From NCBI GenBank assembly GCA_017634275.1, contig JAGBNQ010000031.1, positions 3,348 through 67,347 of the forward strand: a stretch of 64,000 nucleotides of DNA, given 5' to 3'. Under the pieces are notes generated by a model. That model did no database searches and had not been told where the DNA came from. It worked only from the letters and a program-made list of their open reading frames with translations. The translations under genes were made by a program, and so were the position numbers. Positions 58,400 through 64,000 of this stretch are shown here, piece by piece (position 1 is the stretch's first letter; every line of letters begins with the position of its first letter). This DNA comes from Ruminococcus sp. GTDB taxonomy: Bacteria; Bacillota; Clostridia; Oscillospirales; Ruminococcaceae.

Positions 58400-58585
58400 T
58401 ATGGTTATATACATGACACACTAACTAAAACGCAATAGATAGTGGGGTTCGGGGCGAAGCCCCGATGGGTCGGTAACGAGGGCGAAGCCCTCCCCCATAC
58501 TCTCCCGAGCTCGCTGTGAGCGAATGCTCACACCACGAGCGAGGGTTTGGGGGCAAAGCTGTGGTGTGTCAGGGGGATAACCATA
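58400..58585. mobile_element. 186-bp MITE-like element with 9-bp target duplication
   Basis: TIRs TATGGTTAT-n5-TGACACAC / GTGTGTCA-n5-ATAACCATA; AAAAAAGAA at 58391-58399 and 58586-58594. Confidence 0.7.
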
Positions 58586-58730
58586 AAAAAAGAATAAATA
58601 ATAAAGAATAATACAACAGCGCTGCTGATTATTATTCATTATTATTTATTCTTTATTATTTATTATTTTAGCCCCATAGCGAAAGCTATGGGGCGCTGTT
58701 GTGAGTGGCGAACGGAAAAGATGACACATA
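58586..58730. repeat. Structured repeat A (left arm begins ~58385 and is interrupted by the MITE)
   Basis: Inverted AT-rich heptamer arms, GCCCCATAGC-GAAA-GCTATGGGGC hairpin, CGAACGGAAAAGATGACA at 58709-58726. Confidence 0.75.
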
Positions 58731-58739
58731 AGTTTACAC

Positions 58740-58919
58740 CTATCTATTCCTCAGCGATTTCAATACTTGTAATTTAATGATGCTGTCATTATCAGCATAT
58801 TCTATCAGTAAATCAATCATATTGTTAAATAGCTTTCTGCATTTTCTATTAAAACGTGAATCTTTTAACATAGATATCTTTTCTTTTTTTATGCTATCGT
58901 AATCCAAGGCCGGAAACAT
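58740..58919 (-). CDS. Small ORF or gene remnant (59 aa)
   Basis: MFPALDYDSIKKEKISMLKDSRF...LKSLRNR read manually; no clear RBS. Confidence 0.3.
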   Translation of the reverse strand: MFPALDYDSIKKEKISMLKDSRFNRKCRKLFNNMIDLLIEYADNDSIIKLQVLKSLRNR

Positions 58920-58940
58920 TATAAGTATTCACTTTGCACT

Positions 58941-59645
58941 TCAATTTTCGTCGATTTTTTTTATAGAAACAACAATATTGCTATCTGTATAGTATATTAT
59001 TTCATACTTTGATTTACTATATTTTTCATAACAATCTATTGCATCTTTATATGGAATTAGAAACTTCTTTCTATGATCATCACTTTCAACAGATGTTAAA
59101 AGTTGAATTGCCAGACCATTAACTTTTTTTTCGCCTCGCCAATATGTTTCACAATATGGAGCCGACTCAAATAGTTCTATTTCTGTTTCCGATTCTTCGC
59201 TAATATTTTTATCTACGCAAACCAACATTTTCATTTGTTCAAATGCACTAAAATGTTTTAAATTAAATAGTTTCGATATATTCATCAAAAATATTATAGG
59301 GATCATTAAAATAATAGTAATTACAAATGATTCTATACGATAAAATCTCATTTGATATTTATTATAATACTCTTTATTAATTGACGAATCGGGGTGCCAA
59401 ATAAAGTGAACAATAGGTGTTAAAATACATGATATAGCAAACGAAACAGCAAAAAAGGAAATCAAATTTGCAATTAAAATTAGTTTAACCTGCTGAAGAT
59501 AATCAGCATCGGATACACTTATATTTTCATAGGATTTAGTAATATACAATGAATAAATGCTGGCGGCTAAAATCGAAAACATGGCGATTGCAAATATGTA
59601 CCATGATCTATTACGCTTTTTATTGCTTTGTTGCATTTTATTCAT
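58941..59645 (-). CDS. AT-rich hypothetical membrane protein
   Basis: Three TMs; RBS AAAGGA directly adjoining repeat B. Confidence 0.7.
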   Translation of the reverse strand: MNKMQQSNKKRNRSWYIFAIAMFSILAASIYSLYITKSYENISVSDADYLQQVKLILIANLISFFAVSFAISCILTPIVHFIWHPDSSINKEYYNKYQMRFYRIESFVITIILMIPIIFLMNISKLFNLKHFSAFEQMKMLVCVDKNISEESETEIELFESAPYCETYWRGEKKVNGLAIQLLTSVESDDHRKKFLIPYKDAIDCYEKYSKSKYEIIYYTDSNIVVSIKKIDEN

Positions 59646-59653
59646 TCCTTTTT

Positions 59654-59812
59654 AGTGAAGAGTGAAAAGTGAAGAGTGAATAATGAATAGTACAGAAACG
59701 CCCCGTAAAAACTATAAACTATTCACTATTCATTCTTCACTATTAACTAAGCCCTCGGCGCGATAGGCGACGAGGGCGTTTCTGTGATAGCCGAACGGAA
59801 AAGATGACATAC
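59654..59812. repeat. Structured repeat B
   Basis: AGTGAA(G/A/T) heptamers and their inverse, GCCCTCG..CGAGGGC hairpin, CGAACGGAAAAGATGACA at 59792-59809. Confidence 0.78.
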
Positions 59813-59931
59813 ATTTAAGCTAGCACTTCTGAGCTATTTGTATATATTTGGATGAACTCAAAACAACCGGTGTTAAGCCATCTAGTCTTACTGTGGTTTA
59901 TAATTTTTTAGTTCTTGCTATAGCTTTTCTA

Positions 59932-59960
59932 TTGACTTCCTTTTGTTAATATGGTATAAT
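59932..59960 (+). promoter_or_regulatory. SigA promoter
   Basis: TTGACT-17-TATAAT with extended TG. Confidence 0.78.
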
Positions 59961-60019
59961 TTTTTTATCGAATGTATATTGTAATCAAGTCATATATCAA
60001 TGTATTGGAGGGATAATAT

Positions 60020-60700
60020 TTGGCTGATTTTCAGATGACTAATGTTGAATTTTACGAATTTCTCAATAGTGCATTTAAAGAAGTATCACTTAACCATAAA
60101 GAAAACGATGAGATGAAAAAACAGATTGTTTTTTCAGCTTTGTTTAATGACTATAGTAACGATGAAAATGGTAACGAAGATTATAATCAAGATATAGAAA
60201 TGTGGAACAATACCGTAGAAACACCTAGTGAGTTTCTAGTTGGAAAAAAATATATTGTAATTAAGGACAGTGTTTTAGCTTTAATTAAAGCTAGTATAGG
60301 TGCTGGTATTATTGATGTAATAATAAAAAGTATTGGTAATACAACTATTCCAGTGCTTATTGGGACATGTGCTTTTGAGTTATATGAGTTATACAGTAGT
60401 GCAAGCGAATTGGATGATGGAGATTTTTGCGTCTACTACCAAGCTATGACGCATTATGCAGTACGTAAAAAAGAAGGATTTACAATTGATGAGTTGAAAT
60501 CATGGTTACCCAAAAAATTCAATGATTCTTGTAATATGCACAATTCCACATGGGTTTGTGATTATTATGATATTGATACTGATAGTTGTAGTTTTTGTGA
60601 TGATAACAAAATTAAAACAGCTTTGAGATCCTTGGAAAGCAAAAATTTGATTAATAAGAAAAAGCGTAATAATATATATCATTATCGTTTCAAATGGTAG
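60020..60700 (+). CDS. Hypothetical protein with central hydrophobic segment and Cys-rich, winged-helix-like C-terminus
   Basis: RBS GGAGG, TTG start; FTIDELKSW..C..C..CSFC..IKTALRSLESKNLI. Confidence 0.7.
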   Translation: MADFQMTNVEFYEFLNSAFKEVSLNHKENDEMKKQIVFSALFNDYSNDENGNEDYNQDIEMWNNTVETPSEFLVGKKYIVIKDSVLALIKASIGAGIIDVIIKSIGNTTIPVLIGTCAFELYELYSSASELDDGDFCVYYQAMTHYAVRKKEGFTIDELKSWLPKKFNDSCNMHNSTWVCDYYDIDTDSCSFCDDNKIKTALRSLESKNLINKKKRNNIYHYRFKW

Positions 60701-60738
60701 ATTTTTATATACTAATAGTTGAAGGAGTGCTAAAGCTA

Positions 60739-62388
60739 ATGTTCATCTCTGGAGAAGAGGATTTTTTTGCATTTAGTATCGTAAATAATCAAAATAGAAA
60801 AGATATCATGAAAAATTTATGTGGTTATTTGTTTTCAGACGAATATATTGATTTTTTTGAACAGGATGAAGCTGACCAATCACTAGATTCGATTGATATA
60901 GCTTTCTCTAATTCAATAATTGGCCGATTCGTCAGTTTGTTAAATTTAATTAAATGCCCATTTACGATAATAGTTGAACCATATTACATTGATCAGAGCT
61001 TTAGGGATACATTTTATATGTATTATTCAAACCAGCACTTTTCTGTCAATAGATCTTCTGTAAGACTATCATTTCTAAATGGTGAATATTCGAGAGATTC
61101 ATTTTATACTACTGAATCACGGATATTAGATCAAAACTTTATTGGCAGTTGCGTGATTAACCCATTGGTAAAGGGGGCAATCGGAAGAACTTTGTTATCA
61201 CCTCGTTTTATTCCATTCAGCGATAGTGAATGTTATATGAGGGTCTCAAATTTCACATTAAATATTTATGGACGTTCACTTCATGTTAGTGCTTTTCCAT
61301 ATCGCTCTCAAGACCAAGAAACTATGCGGTGTGCTGAAATAACAATGCTTAATATTTTTGATTATTATTCAAATTCGTATAATGATTATAGAATAGCAAC
61401 GCCCAGTGATATTATTTCCTGTGAAGAAAAACATAATTATGAACGAGTTTTGCCTTCTCGTGGAACAACATATCCTATTTTAACAAAAGTTATGTCAGAA
61501 TTTGGGTTTGCTCCTAGATTATATACAATGTTTGGAATAGAAAAAAGTGTTTTCTCTTCTTTGAACACAAAAGAGAAATTAAGAAGAATACTACATTATT
61601 ATATTGAATCCGGTATACCAGTTGCAGTTAATCTTACATCTACATCGCAATCTTCATCTAATGATAACCATTCAATTATCTGTATAGGACACGGCAAAGC
61701 AAAGAGTAAATTATACAAAAGAGCAAAGAAAAACAGTTTTATACCTTATAAAAATTTAGATACTATTTATGATAACCCTATTATTAATTCGGCTGATTTT
61801 TTTGAAGATTATGTTATAGTAGATGATAATGTTCCTGTATATCAAATTAAGAACTTTTATTCATTCTCTAAAAATATGATAGTTGATGGATTATCAGTAC
61901 CTTTATATAAAAGAATGTTTATGGATGCAGTAGATGCAGAAACAATATTTCGTGATTTGCTTTATGATGATTATTTTGGCTTTTCCATGTATTCAGAAAA
62001 TGTATTGAAAGAAAAAGAAAAAGTTGTATTTAGAATGTTTATGGCTTCTTCAAGGAGTTTAAAAAAATTTAGAGTTGAGAATTATACGGATATAGATCTT
62101 AAACATTATTATGCTTCAATTCCAATGCCACGCTTTGTTTGGATCTGTGAGCTATACAAAGAAGACAATTATTTAAATAATGACAAAGATCAAAAAGCTT
62201 TTTGTGAGTATATCATTGATGCTACATCGGCTCCGAGCCGTGGACCCAAAAGTCTTATCTTGATGAAATTTCCAAAGTATTTAGCATTTAGGCTTCCATT
62301 TCAAAACGATACTAATATGTCACAATGGCTTGAAATTCAAACTGATTCTTTTTTTATTGGATATTCGAAAAATCTTTCAAAATACTAA
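60739..62388 (+). CDS. Papain-like (C39-like) cysteine peptidase-fold protein
   Basis: SQDQETMRCAE (Q..C), YYIESGIPV, NHSIICIGH (His), VDDN (Asp); start 60739 (RBS GAAGGAG) or 60694. Confidence 0.65.
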   Translation: MFISGEEDFFAFSIVNNQNRKDIMKNLCGYLFSDEYIDFFEQDEADQSLDSIDIAFSNSIIGRFVSLLNLIKCPFTIIVEPYYIDQSFRDTFYMYYSNQHFSVNRSSVRLSFLNGEYSRDSFYTTESRILDQNFIGSCVINPLVKGAIGRTLLSPRFIPFSDSECYMRVSNFTLNIYGRSLHVSAFPYRSQDQETMRCAEITMLNIFDYYSNSYNDYRIATPSDIISCEEKHNYERVLPSRGTTYPILTKVMSEFGFAPRLYTMFGIEKSVFSSLNTKEKLRRILHYYIESGIPVAVNLTSTSQSSSNDNHSIICIGHGKAKSKLYKRAKKNSFIPYKNLDTIYDNPIINSADFFEDYVIVDDNVPVYQIKNFYSFSKNMIVDGLSVPLYKRMFMDAVDAETIFRDLLYDDYFGFSMYSENVLKEKEKVVFRMFMASSRSLKKFRVENYTDIDLKHYYASIPMPRFVWICELYKEDNYLNNDKDQKAFCEYIIDATSAPSRGPKSLILMKFPKYLAFRLPFQNDTNMSQWLEIQTDSFFIGYSKNLSKY

Positions 62389-62394
62389 AAGTAT

Positions 62395-62478
62395 AGTTTG
62401 CTAAAAAAGTTTATTAAAAATATTTGCTCAAAAAGTTTGCTAAAAAGACTTGACACAGCCTTGAAAAAGTGATATAAT
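62395..62478 (+). promoter_or_regulatory. Four 13-bp tandem repeats followed by a consensus SigA promoter
   Basis: AGTTTGCTAAAAA/AGTTTATTAAAAA/TATTTGCTCAAAA/AGTTTGCTAAAAA then TTGACA(62450)-17-TATAAT. Confidence 0.78.
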
Positions 62479-62590
62479 TAATGTATTGTGCAGCTTGATT
62501 TACTTAGATTGGCATACGGCTTTCTTTTGTTGCCTATAATATGCTACTTTATAAAAATTATTATTGATATTTCGATTCGTGAGGTTATTA

Positions 62591-62788
62591 ATGAGAAAAA
62601 CATGTAGATATATTCCTAAAGAATTAATTAAATCAACAGGAACAATTAAATTGATTGATCCACCCAAAGGACGTATTTCATCTAAAGCAGCTTACAGATT
62701 AGAACATAGCATTTCTGTACAGATTAGTGCAAACGAATCTCAAAGTCTAAGAAGTTTGGCATATGCGAAACGAAACGATATACAGTAA
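62591..62788 (+). CDS. Small basic hypothetical protein (65 aa)
   Basis: RBS GAGGT, ATG at 62591, own promoter. Confidence 0.6.
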   Translation: MRKTCRYIPKELIKSTGTIKLIDPPKGRISSKAAYRLEHSISVQISANESQSLRSLAYAKRNDIQ

Positions 62789-63018
62789 TTGAAAAGGCTT
62801 TAAACGTTTAGTTACTATTTAATTATTATAATTTTGGTTCTTTGATTGCTAAGATAGTTTGTATTGATAAATAAGTAAATTCAAGGCATCAATTGCTAAC
62901 TTTAGTCTTTAGCGGATGTTTTTTTCAATTAGGCTTGCAGTTTTATACTTGAATTGCAATATCTTGCTTTCTATTGTTAATTGTTTATCATATATTTAAT
63001 TGAAACATTTTAACACTT

Positions 63019-63069
63019 GTGGACAGAATTTATCCTATCGCTCTAAGGTGATAAGATAATTTTTGTCCA
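63019..63069. other. Imperfect palindrome immediately downstream of the recombinase (terminator or att-related)
   Basis: TGGACAGAATTTATCCTATCGC..GTGATAAGATAATTTTTGTCCA. Confidence 0.5.
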
Positions 63070-63070
63070 T

Positions 63071-64000
63071 TCATTTTTCTATCTCAGCGAATACCTCATA
63101 CCCACCTTTGAATAATATTCTGATTTCCGTCTTACTGATGACCTTCACACATTCAATCAGTTTTCTTACAAGTATATCATCAAATTCTGTCAGCTTGGTA
63201 GGCCATTCAGCTGTAGTTTCAATAGCTCTTTCAATGTTTTTCTGTTTTTCGGAAATAATGCTGTCATTTGACCTGAGTTTCTCAATTTCGATTTTGAGTT
63301 GCTGCTCTTCTTCATATAACTTCTTAAACTCCACATCAAGAGAATCCTCATCGACCGTTCCCGCTGCTATCAGCGATATGAAATCATTTCTTGCCATGTC
63401 TATCTCTTGAAGTCTCTGCTCAATCTGATGCAGCTCTGTGCTGTCCGAGCCTGTTATAACTTCCTCTATATTTCCCCGCATTATCTCGAGGATATCCTCA
63501 CCGCATTCAAAGTATTCATTTGTTGCTCTAAGTATAGCCCTGTGCAGCTTATCCTCATGAATCGACGGCGAGTTGTGGCAGAATCTTGATCCATGATCCA
63601 AACGACTTATGCAGCGCCATACGATTTTCTTCTTGCCGTGAACATTCCAAGTTACCCGCTTGTATGCTGAGCCGCACTCGCCGCATACCATTATTTCGGT
63701 CAAGGCATATTTGCTTGAATACTTGCCCTGCTCGGTCTTGGCTTTGTCGCTTTTCTTTCGCTTTGATGACCGCCTTGCAAGCTCTTGCCGGGCTCGGTTG
63801 AAGGTGTCTCTGTCAATGATTGGCACATGAGCGTCGGTGACAAGATACTTTGCTCGTTCACCATTGTTCTTGACTGCCTTGTGGGATATGCAGTCTATGG
63901 TGTAGGTCTTTTGCAGCAGCGCATCACCTGCATATTTTTCATTTTCAAGTATGCTCTTTATCACACTTTTGCTCCAGCTTTCGCTGCCGAGCTTAGTGTG
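63071..64000 (-). CDS. Large serine recombinase, C-terminal part (recombinase + Zn-ribbon + coiled coil); 5' end outside the window
   Basis: ILENEKYAGDALLQKT, HVPII, CGECG..WRCISR..C, LVRKLIECVKV..ILFKGG. Confidence 0.92.
   Translation of the reverse strand, partial: HTKLGSESWSKSVIKSILENEKYAGDALLQKTYTIDCISHKAVKNNGERAKYLVTDAHVPIIDRDTFNRARQELARRSSKRKKSDKAKTEQGKYSSKYALTEIMVCGECGSAYKRVTWNVHGKKKIVWRCISRLDHGSRFCHNSPSIHEDKLHRAILRATNEYFECGEDILEIMRGNIEEVITGSDSTELHQIEQRLQEIDMARNDFISLIAAGTVDEDSLDVEFKKLYEEEQQLKIEIEKLRSNDSIISEKQKNIERAIETTAEWPTKLTEFDDILVRKLIECVKVISKTEIRILFKGGYEVFAEIEK

Larger units (their letters stand above)
58385..64000. mobile_element. AT-rich accessory region and edge of an integrative element
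   Basis: Visible drop in GC from ~58.6 to 63.0 kb, orphan genes, repeats and a serine recombinase; boundaries not determined. Confidence 0.6.

Noticed and set aside
58421-58639. 72-aa minus-strand ORF (and 47696-47908)
   Set aside because: Lies entirely within repeat or MITE sequence
19085-59750. Heptamer arrays as CRISPR repeats
   Set aside because: Units are 7 bp in tandem with no unique spacers, and no cas genes are present
58413-59809. ATGACA core as the att site of the serine recombinase
   Set aside because: Cannot be supported without the other end of the element; the 58413 match belongs to the MITE TIR

Overview
Chromosomal window from a spore-forming Bacillota (Clostridia); gene content suggests a Ruminococcus/Oscillospiraceae-like organism, which is inference only. 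Most of it is housekeeping: pspA, a GtrB/YfhO-type glycosylation pair, a GH5 lipoprotein, metY, a P-type ATPase, murA, PNP-mtnA, walJ-rlmH, a two-component system, a LacI/sugar ABC operon, T-box-leuA, galT, spoIID, ahcY, nth, an ABC exporter and a K+ channel. It ends in an AT-rich island (~58.4-63.0 kb) next to a truncated large serine recombinase. The most unusual locus (9.6-18.1 kb) combines two paralogous TasA/BsaA-like proteins, a degenerate EAL protein and two SipW-type signal peptidases. The peptidases enclose a membrane-anchored McrB-like AAA+ NTPase and a DUF2357/McrC-like coiled-coil partner with no visible nuclease domain. Other notable items are a 180-bp TTAA-targeting hairpin MITE (2 copies, one disrupting a GNAT gene), a second MITE with a 9-bp target duplication, a dispersed heptamer-array+hairpin repeat family, two covarying structured repeats bracketing a promoterless gene like a cassette, a papain-like protease module in the island, and a candidate sRNA. 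All protein family calls come from motif recognition by eye; no database searches were run.
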